Below, piece by piece: positions 12,548 through 24,326 of a stretch of 64,000 nucleotides of DNA (position 1 is the stretch's first letter; each line of letters opens with the position of its first letter). The DNA lies in NCBI RefSeq assembly GCF_964204645.1, contig NC_134029.1:15866950-15930949 (forward strand), in the 5' to 3' direction. The translations under genes were made by a program, and so were the position numbers. Source of the stretch: Tubulanus polymorphus. Its lineage: Eukaryota > Animalia > Nemertea. The notes under the pieces were generated by a model that saw only the letters and a program-made list of their open reading frames with translations, was not told where the DNA came from and ran no database searches.

Positions 12548-12876
12548 GTAAACGAGCATTGAAGCTAATCAACGATTAAGATGTTTACGATGGAGCTTCA
12601 AATAGTTAACGACGAGCGTTGTCGTTAATCAACGATAAGAATTATACGACGGAGCGTCAAATAGTTAACGACGAGCGTTGTCTTCAATCAACGATAAGAA
12701 TTATACGACGGAGCGTCAAATAGTTAACGACGAGCATTGTCTTCGATCAACCAACGATAAGAATTATACGACGGAGCGTCAAATAGTTAACGACGAGCGT
12801 TGTCGTTAATCAACGATAAGAATTATACGACGGAGCGTCAAATAGTTAACGACGAGCGTTGTCGTTAATCAACGAC
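12548..12876. repeat. Tandem array of about 5.5 units of 59 bp
   Basis: Unit AATAGTTAACGACGAGCGTTGTCGTTAATCAACGATAAGAATTATACGACGGAGCGTCA, near-identical copies. Confidence 0.92.
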
Positions 12877-13040
12877 AGCGCGCCAAATTCAAAATGTCGT
12901 TGACGCGAAATTCAGAGGCGACGTCAAGGAGATGAAACGACCGCGTGTTCGTTCGAAAAAGGAGTTACTGAATACAGGCGATTTTCATGGTCAGCAGAAA
13001 TGACATCTCGGAGTAAGATTACGGAAATAGCACAGAAGAT

Positions 13041-13091
13041 ATACTATACTATTATTATTACTATTACTATTACTATTACTATTACTATTAC
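13041..13091. repeat. (TACTAT/TAT)n microsatellite
   Basis: Seen directly in the sequence. Confidence 0.85.
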
Positions 13092-13543
13092 AGCGGCGAG
13101 AGCGTTAAGATGGCATCGTCAAAGGATTGAATTTAAACAGACGATAAATTGATGGAGAATTTACAATATTTACAGGATTGTAAGTGACGAGTTTATCGGC
13201 AGCCCATGGCCGACTGACTACCCGGCCCCCGGGTGCGTCGGCACCCGGGACTCACTGAGGGCGGGATGTCAAAAACCACTGCAGCGATCCCGGGGTCAGA
13301 CGACCCGGAGGCCCGTGTCTTAAATAGAAAGTAAAATTGTCTTCTTACATGATCTGTGCGATTTACAGCGTCCGATTCGTAAAACGGTGAAGAAGCAGCA
13401 AGAATGAGTTTCTAATGTGGCTCTGCCAGAGCCAAGTTGCCAATGAGCGCGATTGCGCTAAATTTATAGTTTTCATGCGGTCAACGCACGCGGTGATTGG
13501 TCAAGCGTGACGAGCAGTGATACGCTCCGCGGACAAAGTAGGA

Positions 13544-14949
13544 TGTAGCGAAACTAGCGGATTTCGCCGTACATTGGCGCTAAATTTAAAATCACCTTCT
13601 CCCAGATTTCACCGCTCTGCTCCTATCTTATAATATATTATCCTGTTAATGTCTTTTAACTGTATTTATTCGGCGAGACCGTGTTGTATCATTTTATAAA
13701 TGTCCGTGTTTTGTAATTGGGTCGATGTTTCGCGACCGGTTGTTCCGGGTCCGCGTTTATTCATTTTATTTAACCCTTCTGGTTGAATTGGATTTGTAAT
13801 TATTACTTATATCTTCCGAGTGCGGGGTTCGAACCCTTTCAACTCATTTATTACTTTAAGAACATTTATCGCTCATGTATATTATAATATTACCTTTGTG
13901 ATGATATTTTAAACTATTCTTTGTATCTCTCGTGTCCGCCGTGACCTTTTGCAGCTGGCGTGCGGTTGCCCGGCTCCGCTCTCATTGTCGCTGGAACTCA
14001 GCCAACCTCGAAGTCACGTGGCACGCGTAACCAATCACGCGTGTCCGGGCTTTTGTTCCAGCCAATGAGAGCGCGGCGGGGACAATCGCGGGCTATAAAA
14101 GGCGCGCGGAGCGCGAGATTCAAGAACAAACCGTTCACTCGGACTGTCCGTGCAACTTAAAGCTTGCAAGCGCCGCAGAAAACGTTACGTAATTCTTGTA
14201 TTGACTGCACATACCAGTAATTATATATAATGTAAGAACCTGCCCGTCCGTGTCCCCGTGTCCACATGCGGGCACCCGGACCGCTCTAATTAGTTGTAAA
14301 TAGTATTTGCCGTTATTGATGTTCAGGGTCGGCGTTGTCCCCGGCGGACGCCGCGTTGTCCCCGGCGGACATGGTTGTTCCCCCTGACGCCGTGTTTGTC
14401 CCGGACTCCGCGTTGTCCGGGCGGGAGCCCTTTTGTATATAGTAACCGTGTTCGGAATGACCGACTGTGTAATTGTAAATAGTGTTTGGAAATTAATTCG
14501 AGGCTTGCATCGGATTTCGGGCGTTTATAGCTGCAAATAAATATATATTAGTTAGTAATTCAAAATTAGCATCGGGCCGTTTCTTTGAGTTATCGTGGAC
14601 TTGATCGGAGTGAGGAAGAGAGTCAGAGGCAAGTAGTCTAACTTGTAGAACACGAGGAATCCGGTCAGCTGAGGAGAGGCCGGAGTCACGCTACCGACAT
14701 TTTGTCCGGCAGAGGATTCCAGCTGAATTACTCGCCTCCAAGAGGAGGACGAGCGGACCCGGACGTACCCACCAACGGTGAAGAGGCACGAAGAGATAGG
14801 GGGCGCCCCGAGAGGATACGGGCCGTGTGTGAGGCCTAAGTTGGGTGGAGGCGGGACAAGCACAGCTGCGCAGGAGTTGCTTGTCCCCCGCGAAATCCAA
14901 ATATTACTGAGAAGCTATTTTGGTTACCGTGTCCACGGAATCCGTTACA
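13544..14949 (+). repeat. 5' LTR (1406 bp)
   Basis: TGTAGCG...GTTACA; CCAAT boxes, TATAAAA at about 14095, AATAAA at about 14536; matches 24504-25904. Confidence 0.96.
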
Positions 14950-14951
14950 AT

Positions 14952-14967
14952 TGGTGGCAGCGGTGGG
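14952..14967 (+). promoter_or_regulatory. Primer binding site, tRNA-Leu
   Basis: TGGTGGCAGCGGTGGG, complementary to the 3' end of metazoan tRNA-Leu (CCCACCGCTGCCACCA), 2 nt after the LTR. Confidence 0.85.
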
Positions 14968-15241
14968 TTATTCGTGTGAAGAACTGATGGCAAGACGATG
15001 TCTACAAGAAACCGCTGGACGCTGGGCGTCGATATATTTTCTTTTCTACTTTCTATTTTTATGACTCTCGTCCTCACTCCGCGTTCCGCGATTGACTCCC
15101 GTTATGATAGGCCGCGTTATATTTGCTGTAACTGATGCACATTGTTATGTGTAATTAATGCTATTTTCTCCCCCCCCCCCCTTCACATATATATCAATCA
15201 TAAATTCCTCGACTACTGATTCAATAGAATAATACGACGAG

Positions 15242-16297
15242 ATGACGGACAATTCTAAAGAGATGACCGTTACGGACGACGGAGAGGTTGAGTTTACGGT
15301 GACCAGCCTTCCTCAAGGTGGAGACGGACCCGAACACGAAGATGATTCGTCCTCGGACGACGGAGAGATGGGCACCGCGATCGAGGACAACGACGAGGTC
15401 GACGATCATCCCGAGAGAGGAGATGGACCCCACGTGCAGTTTAGACTGCCGGCAAGCGCACCACGAGTCAGAAGACCGAAACCATACCGACCAGCGACGA
15501 TGCCAGATAGATACGACGGGAAGGCGAGCTGGACAGAATTCGAGGTCCACTTCGAGTCCGTGGCCAATCTGAACCGATGGGACGACGATGAAAAAGCGAC
15601 TTATCTTGCCGTCAGCCTCAAGGGCGAGGCTCAACAAGTTTTGCGGGAACTGACGATCGAAGAGCGGGAAGATTTTGAAAGCCTGTGTTCGGCGTTGAGG
15701 TTGAGATTTGGACCGCAAGTCCGAGAAGAACTGTATACGGCCGAACTCAGAGCCAGAACCAGAAAGCCAGGCGAAAGTCTCCCGGAGCTGGGACATGGGA
15801 TCAAACGGCTGGTGGCTCTAGCGTACCCTGGTACCGACAAGAAAACCACAGATACACTGGCAAGAGCTCACTTCATGGACGAACTGCAAGACGGCGAAAT
15901 GCGAATGCGGCTCTTTCAAGCAAGCCCGAGAACTCTCTCCGACGCCATCACCGCAGCACTCGAGGTCGAAACGTTCCGTCGCATCGAGGCTCGTAGAGAG
16001 AAAACCCAACTCTCCAGCAAGAAAATAGCGGCCACTCGAAATATTTCAACATCACAGAGTGACGCGGTGGTCCAAGGGATGTCCGACCAGATGGCGAAAT
16101 TGATCGAGGCTTTGAACACCATGAGCACAAAGATGACGTCAGAGGAACAACCCGCTACCGGGAACTACGTCAGTTCGCACCGAACGAATGCTACGTGCTA
16201 TAACTGCGGACAGCCCGGACACTTCGCTCGGAACTGCAGGCAGCGTTCGGGAAACGACAACGCTCCGGTTCCAAGGGGCACCGACCGGAGATATTAA
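15242..16297 (+). CDS. gag: Gag polyprotein
   Basis: 351 aa; PDRYDGKASW capsid-like region and CCHC knuckle CYNCGQPGHFARNC. Confidence 0.93.
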   Translation: MTDNSKEMTVTDDGEVEFTVTSLPQGGDGPEHEDDSSSDDGEMGTAIEDNDEVDDHPERGDGPHVQFRLPASAPRVRRPKPYRPATMPDRYDGKASWTEFEVHFESVANLNRWDDDEKATYLAVSLKGEAQQVLRELTIEEREDFESLCSALRLRFGPQVREELYTAELRARTRKPGESLPELGHGIKRLVALAYPGTDKKTTDTLARAHFMDELQDGEMRMRLFQASPRTLSDAITAALEVETFRRIEARREKTQLSSKKIAATRNISTSQSDAVVQGMSDQMAKLIEALNTMSTKMTSEEQPATGNYVSSHRTNATCYNCGQPGHFARNCRQRSGNDNAPVPRGTDRRY

Positions 16298-16315
16298 GCG
16301 AGATTGATCGGCCCC
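16249..16315 (+). promoter_or_regulatory. -1 programmed ribosomal frameshift signal (slippery heptamer plus H-type pseudoknot)
   Basis: G_GGA_AAC in the gag frame; 7-nt spacer; stem CTCCGGT/ACCGGAG; loop GGGGC can pair with GCCCC (16311-16315); the -1 frame is open into the protease. Confidence 0.8.
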
Positions 16316-19300
16316 AACACGACCCCGTAGGCAACGTGCTGAACTACCATCCGGGGAAGAACTCAGACAACGGACTATATGCAATCACCGATGTTGGTAA
16401 CGTGAAGATGACTCTGCTAGTCGACACGGGTGCTTGTACCCCGATAATCTCAAGCAAAGCATACACCGCTATACCGGAATCATACCGACCTCGGCTTAAA
16501 CCAACAACTCTCAGGCTACTCGGGGCTGACGGTGGCGATCTCTCTGATGACGGAAGAACGACGGTTTCGTTGACGTTCGGACAACGTAAGTTCCGTATGA
16601 GCGTTGTCGTCGCGGGCATCGGAGAAGACGGAATTCTCGGCATGGATTTTTTTGAAGAGAACTAAATCATTCCTCGATGTCGGCAATTCACTTCTAATCT
16701 GCGAAAACGAAGAGATCGTCCTCTATCCGAAGAGATCAATCGAACCAGAAGCAGAGTTCCTCGTGAGAACACTGGACAGCGTAGAGATATCCCCACGTCA
16801 CCAAGCCACAATTCCTATAACCGTTTCGGGCAGCCAGGGGATACCGATGCTAGGCGTCGTCGAGGGAACTACCAGATACGAGGGTGGTGATCTGGCAATC
16901 GCAAGAACATTAATTGACACCACAACAGGGGACACAGCGAGTTGTCTGCGCGTTATGAACTTGGGAGTCGAACCGATTGTTCTCCCTGGATCGACAGTGC
17001 TTGGCCGACTAACCGCCGTTTCTACAATCCGCGCGATGGACTCAAATGAAGAAAACACTTGTCCAGATGACGAAGACCCAAAGACAAGCGTCCCCGATCA
17101 CGTACAACAGCTGTACGAAACCAGCATCGAACGTTTGAACCCGACGGAGGCCACTCGGTTTGCGGAGCTTTTGACCAAACACTCTAACGCGTTCTCCAAA
17201 ACCGACGAGGACCTGGGACAAACGGACCTCGTGCAACACGAGGTGAATACAGGGGACCACGCCCCTATAAGACAACCACCCAGGTTACCGCCGCTCAGTA
17301 AACGGAAAGAGACCGAGGACTTGGTGCACGACATGCACAGACGAGGGTTGATCGAACGATCCCGCTCCCCTTGGTCCTCTCCGATAGTCCTAGTGACAAA
17401 AAAAGACGGAAGCACGCGGTTTTGTGTGGATTATAGGCGCCTCAACGACGTGACTACGATTGAAAGCGTAGCCATTCCCAACATCAATCGGTCGCTAGAA
17501 TGCCTAGGTGGAGCCATGTGGTTCAGTACTCTCGATTTGAACTCCGGATACTGGCAGGTGGGACTGAGTGAAACTGCCAAGGAGAAATCCGCTTTCAGCA
17601 CCCAGAGTGGCCTGTGGCAGTTTACCGTTTTACCGTTTGGTATGTCCGGAGCGCCTGGAACGTTGAACGACTTATGGAAATGGTACTTGTCGGCCTGCAG
17701 TGGGAGGTCTGTCTGATTTACTTAGACGATATACTAATATTCAGCAGTACCGTAGATGAGATGCTCGAAAGGCTGGACTTAGTCCTCACCAAACTGGAAG
17801 AAGCAGGGCTCAAATTGAAACCTCGGAAATGCTCCCTGTTTCAACAGTCTGTGGCTTTCCTCGGTCACGTAGTCAGCGCAGCCGGAATTCAGACGGACCC
17901 ATCAAAAATCGAATGTATCCAGACCTGGCCAACACCCTCCAACGTTAGAGAAGTTCGAAGTTTTCTCGGTCTCGCCACCTATTATCGACGATTCGTCCCG
18001 GGGTTTGCAAAAATAGCCAGCAGCCTTCATCATCTGACTGCTAAAGACCAGAGATTTGTTTGGACGGAGGAACACGAGTCGGCGTTTCGCAATTTGAAAG
18101 ACAGGTTGACTAGTGCACCAATACTAGCTTACCCGAACGCTACTGACCCATACGTCCTAGACTGCGACGCGAGTGCTTTTGCCATTGGCGGCGTCTTAAG
18201 CCAAGTACAGGAGGGCGAAGAAAAACCAATTGCCTACGGAAGTCGGACGCTTAATAGGGCCGAACAGAACTACTACGTAACACGCAGAGAGTTGCTGGCA
18301 GTAGTGTACTTCGTTAAGTACTACAAACACTTTCTGACCGTCCAGAACTTCCTGATACGGACCGACCATAGCGCCCTACGGTGGCTGATGAGCCTCAAGG
18401 AACCTGAAGGACAAATTGCTCGCTGGCTTGAGTCTTTGTCGTCATTCCATTTCCAGATCGAATACCGCAAGGGAACACATCACGGAAACGCAGACGGACT
18501 GTCTCGCATTCCCTGTCGACAGTGCGACAAAATTGGTTACCTCCACATGGTCCAGCACGAAGGATTCGATTCGGAAGACGACTCGACCGACACCAAACTA
18601 CAGGTTGCTTGTTCACCGCAGCATCGGCATATCCGAGTGACTAACCCGACATTCGGCGAAATCCCCGAGCCTTGGGACCTGACAGAGCTTAAGACAGCCC
18701 AATTTTAGGACGAAGATCTGAGGTGGCTCATTGAACTTCAACGCGAAGGAAAATCAAGGCCCCAGTGGCAAGATGTAGCACCAAAAAGCAATCAAGCGAA
18801 ACGCTATTGGTCTGAATGGGACTTACTTCAGATCAAGGATGGTATACTTTTCCGCGAATGTAGACCTCACCGAGGCGGGTTTTCCCAACTGGTCGTTCCC
18901 CCACCACTCCGGCGGATCGTATTCGACCAACTTCATTCTGGTCGTGTCGGGGGTCACCAAGGCATCGAGAAAACACTTTCCAAGGTGCAGCGACGGTATT
19001 TTTGGCCAGAGATGCGTGACGACATCGATCTGTGGGTGAAACAATGCGAGGTGTGTCCCCGGAAGAAACCGCCGCCGAAAAGATATCTGGCGGAGCTACA
19101 GTCATACAATGTTGGATCCCCCATGGAAAGAGTAGCGGTCGATATCATGGGCCCTCTGCAGGAAACCACGGCAGGGAACCAATACATTATAGTCATAATG
19201 GACTACTTCACGAAATGGGTAGAATGTTACGCTGTACCGGACATCGAGGCCAAGACGGTAGCTGACAAACTTGTGACCGAATTCTTCAGCCGTTTCGGAG

Positions 19301-20100
19301 TGCCGAGGGAGCTACACTCAGACCAAGGCTCAAACTTCCAGTCCCATCTCTTCCGCGAAATTTGTATCCTGCTGGGGATCCATCAAACCAGATGCAGCCC
19401 CTACCGTCCCCAAAGCGACGGTATGGTGGAACGCTTCAATCGGAGCCTTAAAACAATGTTGTCTCTAACAACAACTGACGACCCTTTTGATTGGGACTTA
19501 CAACTTCCCTACGTCTCGATGGCCTATCGTTCCGCCCGGCACGCCACTACAGAAGCGTCACCAAACTACCTGATGCTTCTGAGGGAGATCGATCTACCCC
19601 TAGATCTGATCGTCGGACTCCCTCCGAAAGATCGGTATCCTTCCGTCAGCGACTACACGGCCAGCGTACGAACCCGAATAACAACGGCACACAGAGATGC
19701 CTGCAAGGCGCTCCTGAAGAACACATCGCGACAGAAGGCACTATACGACCAAAAACGTCACGGGAAGCCGTACAACGCCAGCGACCGGGTTTGGCTCTAT
19801 CAGCCCAAATTGACCGACGGAAATCCTAATCGCAAACTCCAGTTGAACTGGACTGGGCCGTATACAGTAATGGAACGACTCTCAGATGCCCTATATGAGG
19901 TGCGGGACAAGCTGTCCAGCGCTCCTAAGATCGTTCACTTTGACCGACTTAAGCCGTATTTAGGGGTGCAATACCGATCTCTACTGAACGTCGAGCCCGT
20001 AACAGACAAACTGACGATGACAGAAGATACAGAGAGTAGACGCAAAACCAGCGGCCGTACCTGCCCGAAACGTCAACGCCCAGAATATATCTACTTGTAG
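16255..20100 (+). pseudogene. pol: Pol polyprotein (protease, RT, RNase H, integrase), disrupted by two compensating 1-nt frameshifts and one TAG
   Basis: LVDTGA protease, RFCVDYRRLN, YLDD, CDASAFAIG, HHCC and DDE integrase, WTGPY. Breaks at about 16650, about 17663 and 18706. Confidence 0.93.
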
Positions 20101-20448
20101 GCGTTGTCTACTGTTTAAAACAGCAAAGTAATCAATCGCTCTTTGTTCTTTTATTTTTAGGTCGTCAAATTTCAAATGTCGTGGTTGTCGGGACCATTTC
20201 CGTTCAGTGGAGAACCTGAAGCGCCATGAAACTAAATGCGAAGCGGTGACGCACGAGGGCGTAAAATACGAATGTAAGAAGTGCGGCCAGACGTCACCAT
20301 GGCACTTCTCAGTGCGTAATAAAGATCGCGGAGGAGGGGTGGGACCAGCCGCCTGAGATCAGCATTGAGTGCGCAGGGGACAAGAGAAAGGTGGAGTTGA
20401 CAGGTGCGGTGCGTGAAGAGAAGAGAAGGAAGAAAAAGGTAGAGAGGA

Positions 20449-23282
20449 ATATTTGCTGAATTATCTTATTCAAAAAAAAAGATTATCGTTGGTGTTTTGT
20501 ATCGTGCGCCTGAATCTGATTTAACAAACTTTATTAATGAATTCAATAGATTTACACATATGGTTAACAAGGAAAATTTGAATGTTATATTAATGGGTGA
20601 CTATAATATTGACTTTAGCAAAATTGGAAAAAATTCTTTGTATGAGAGTTTCATAAATATTGCGAGCTCTAATTCATTTTCACCGCTTATTAATTTACCC
20701 ACTAGAGTTACTGAGCAATCTGCTACGGTAATAGATAATATATTAATTAACTTTAGCCAAGAGTCTAAAATTTTAAGTGGAGTCTTCCTTAACGATATCA
20801 CAGATCATTACCCGATTTTTGCTGTGATGGATATTTTAAATGAGAAATATAATCCCAATTCCCCTATAATTCAGATCCGTGATATTAATCCAAGGTCAAT
20901 CGAAACATTTTCCCGATCATTGTTAGCCAGCGATTGGCAGTGTGTTTATAATAGCAATAGTCCAGAAAAGTCTTGTAACGAATTCTATAATATTGTAAAT
21001 ACGTGTTATGAAGCATGTTTTCCGGTTAAGTGTATTACACCCAAACAACACAATAAACCATGGATTACAGCAGGGATCAAAACGTCTATCAAAATTAAGG
21101 ATAAATTATATAGAAAATATATAGGTAAAAGAAGTATTGACAGCAAAGCCAAGTATTGTAAATATAGGAATTTCTTAAACTCTTTACTTAGAAAAAGTAA
21201 AGAACGTTATTACAAAGAAAAATTTTTATCGTGTCAATATGATCCTAAGGAAACCCGGAAAATAATCAATTCATTACTTAATAAGACCTAAAATAAGAAG
21301 TGTAATTCCGAGTTTTTACACAACAACAGGGTTATTACTGATGAACTAGAAATTGCAAACCAGTTCAATGATTATTTTGTAAATATTGCTTCATCTCTTG
21401 AGTCTAAAATTCCAAATTCCACTCACGATTTTAAACAATATCTTGGCGATAAAAACGACGAAAACTTTTTTCTCTCACCTACATACCCCTCAGAAGTGGA
21501 GGAAATTGTATCTAACTTACAAAGTAAACCATCGTGTGGATGTGACAATATCAGCAATAAATTACTCAAATCTATTATTTCCGCTATTTCAAGTCCCTTA
21601 ACTCATATCTTTAATTGTAGCTTTGTCACAGGTATAGTTCCCAATATTTTCAAAATCGCTTACATAACCCCTATTTACAAAATGATTGATAAGTCTTCTT
21701 TTAGTAACTATCGCCCTATTTCTGTTCTACCTTCAATTTCAAAGGTGTTGGAAAAACTTGTTTACAATCGGTTGATAAAATTTCTTGACAAATATAAAAT
21801 CTTAAATGACCGGCAGTTTGGTTTTAGAAAAAAGTACTCAACTTCCTCTGCATTAACGTACATTACTGATAAAATAGCAAACTCTCTAGATAATGGTTTA
21901 ATAACCGCTGGTGTTTTCATAGACTTATCAAAAGCATTTGACACAAGTAATCACAAAATCCTAAATTCAAAATTAGAACATTACGGTATACGTGGCATAC
22001 CATATCTCTGGTTCCAAAATTATCTAACTAATAGAAAACAAGCAGTGAAGTTCAATAACTGTTTATCCTCAACTCTCGACATTAATTCTGGTGTCCCTCA
22101 AGGCTCTATCCTAGGGCCGCTATTATTTTTGATTTATATCAACGACTGCCCTTCCTCCTGTAAAGCATTAGAGTCAATTCTTTTTGCTGATGATAGCAAC
22201 TTTTTCTACAGCCATCATGATCCAAAATTTGTCGAATACACCTTGAATTCAGAGTTGGCTAATCTCTTGCAATGGTTTCGGGCTAATAGATTGTCTGTAA
22301 ATGTAGGAAAAACCCAGTATATCATTTTTGGTAATAATGACCATATTAAACTCACCATTCGTCTGGATGACCAAATTATCAAACGTGTTGATTCTACAAA
22401 GTTTCTAGGTGTTATATTTGATCACAATTTAACCTGGAAGGAGCATATATCTTTTACGTGTAAAAAAGTATCTCGTGGAATTGGTATTATCAATAGATTA
22501 AAGTACATTTTACCTTCAGATATTCTAAAAAATCTCTACTATTGTTTCGTTCACTCACACCTACATTATGCCAATCTCATTTGGGGAAATGCCTGTAAAA
22601 TTTATTTGCAACCATTATACATCCTTCAGAAAAAAGCCCTTCGGATAATCACTCGTTCAGATTGGCTTGAACATACATCCCCGATTTTCAGGAAATTAGA
22701 AATTCTTAAACTGGATGACATTTACAGACATCAAATTGGATCGCTTGCCTTCTTAAGTATCAACCTTTTATTACCGACTATTTTCAAAGATTTTTTCATT
22801 CTCAGGAACACCCAAAATCTTCGTTCTAGTCGCAGGCCTATGGCCTTATCAATAGAATTTGCTAAATCTAAATACAAGTATACATCTATGAAAATTCAAG
22901 GAGCGAAATTCTGGAATAGTTTACCAGAGAAATTAAAATATCTAGACTCGATATCCAACTTCAAAATTCAGCTTCAGCGTTATCTTCGTTCCACTTATTA
23001 ATTATCTGTGTAATCTTTTATAACGTGCCACATTACTTTATCTGCAATTGTCTATGTATATTATGTATATTTGGTTTGTTTGGTAAACTAGGAATGAATG
23101 TGAATTGGTGTATATGTCTGCGTGTATGTGAGAGTGTATGGACGAGGGATTAGGACTAGATTAAGCCAATTATGGCTTCTCCTAATTCCTCGCATAATTT
23201 ATTGGTACATTGTTTTCCATATATTGTGTATTCATTTGTAAACTCTGTAACAATCTTTTATGCAAATAAATCATATCATATC
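20449..23282 (+). mobile_element. 5'-truncated CR1/L2-group LINE (partial EN plus RT) inserted in Gypsy ORF3
   Basis: ORFs 20497-21291 (GDYN, TDHYP) and 21496-23001 (NYRPISVL, DLSKAFD, GVPQGSILGP, FADD); AATAAA followed by a (CATAT)n tail. Confidence 0.93.
21496..23001 (+). CDS. LINE ORF2 reverse transcriptase domain
   Basis: Canonical non-LTR RT motifs; separated from the EN portion by an in-frame TAA at 21289. Confidence 0.88.
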   Translation: MEEIVSNLQSKPSCGCDNISNKLLKSIISAISSPLTHIFNCSFVTGIVPNIFKIAYITPIYKMIDKSSFSNYRPISVLPSISKVLEKLVYNRLIKFLDKYKILNDRQFGFRKKYSTSSALTYITDKIANSLDNGLITAGVFIDLSKAFDTSNHKILNSKLEHYGIRGIPYLWFQNYLTNRKQAVKFNNCLSSTLDINSGVPQGSILGPLLFLIYINDCPSSCKALESILFADDSNFFYSHHDPKFVEYTLNSELANLLQWFRANRLSVNVGKTQYIIFGNNDHIKLTIRLDDQIIKRVDSTKFLGVIFDHNLTWKEHISFTCKKVSRGIGIINRLKYILPSDILKNLYYCFVHSHLHYANLIWGNACKIYLQPLYILQKKALRIITRSDWLEHTSPIFRKLEILKLDDIYRHQIGSLAFLSINLLLPTIFKDFFILRNTQNLRSSRRPMALSIEFAKSKYKYTSMKIQGAKFWNSLPEKLKYLDSISNFKIQLQRYLRSTY

Positions 23283-24326
23283 AAGGAAGAAGGTGTAACA
23301 GCAGAGATTAAGAAGAAAGAAGAGAGGAAGGAAGAAGGTGTAACGACCGAGATTAAGCAGAAAGAGAAGAGGAAGGGTGAAGGTGCGACGACACAGAATA
23401 AGAAGATAGAAGAGAGAGAAAAAGAAGGAGAGACTGAAAGCAAAGAGAAGGAGGAAAGCGTAGCGAACGAAGAGAGAGGAGCCGGAGATGGAACAGAATG
23501 GACCAAGAGAATAGAAGACGACTTGACAGCGGCAGACACTACAACCGTTGAAATCACCCCTGACGGCAGCTCGAACGTCGGCAAACCAGGAGATATCGCG
23601 TCTGCAAAACCCGGAAGAAGTTTGACCGAAAGAATAAGTTATGGAAGAAGGAGAAAACTTATGATAAAAAGGAGCCTGGAACTTAGTCGGCGCGCGAGGG
23701 AAAGAGATGAGTTGGAAAAGAAGAAGATATCGGAAGAGGCGCGCAAGGCGGCAGTAGAACAGCGGAGGAGGGTGGAAGAGGAGGCAAGGGAGAAGAGAGA
23801 GACAGAGAGAAAGAGGCTGGAAGAGAAACGGAGAGAAGAAGTACAGCGTTTGGAGAAAGGACCGAGAGAGCCGGAGAACGTACCCGCGTATTCGCCAGAG
23901 ATACTCGGCTCGAAATTTCAGGATTGGTGGGGGAACCAGACCCCAACATACGTGCCGACCACGATCGAAAAGCCGATACCGAAGGCCGATATCCCGGCCC
24001 CTATACAGCCGGCGATACTCAGTTCGGACGAGCCGCGGCCGGTGAAAGAGAACAGATGCAACCCAGAATCGAGAAGGGTCCTCGCGCATGTACACCCGAC
24101 CGTCCATGGCCGCCCGGCTACTTTCCGGGAAGTTCCGGGAGTGCCCGTTCGATGCCCGTTTTGCCAAAAGATGGCCCGCGCTTCGGGGATTTCCTGGACG
24201 CCACCAGCACGAAGTTCATTGCAGCCGTTTTCGGAAGTTCACGTCCATCCACTCGAGACAGGGGACATGATTATTTTCGGGTTCGACGATGTGCCGATCG
24301 ACTGCATAGCGTGTGTACTGGAAGAA

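Noticed and set aside
12548-12876. CRISPR-like array (palindromic repeats at regular spacing)
   Set aside because: The intervening sequences are identical rather than unique spacers; no cas genes; eukaryotic context.
13960-14987. Short ORFs within the LTR (also duplicated at 24916-25975)
   Set aside because: They lie in GC-rich LTR promoter/U5 sequence; the duplication simply reflects the LTR.
15221-24167. Long antisense ORFs (15221-15796, 23271-24167 and others)
   Set aside because: Shadow frames of GC- or purine-biased gag, pol and ORF3 coding sequence; no motifs.
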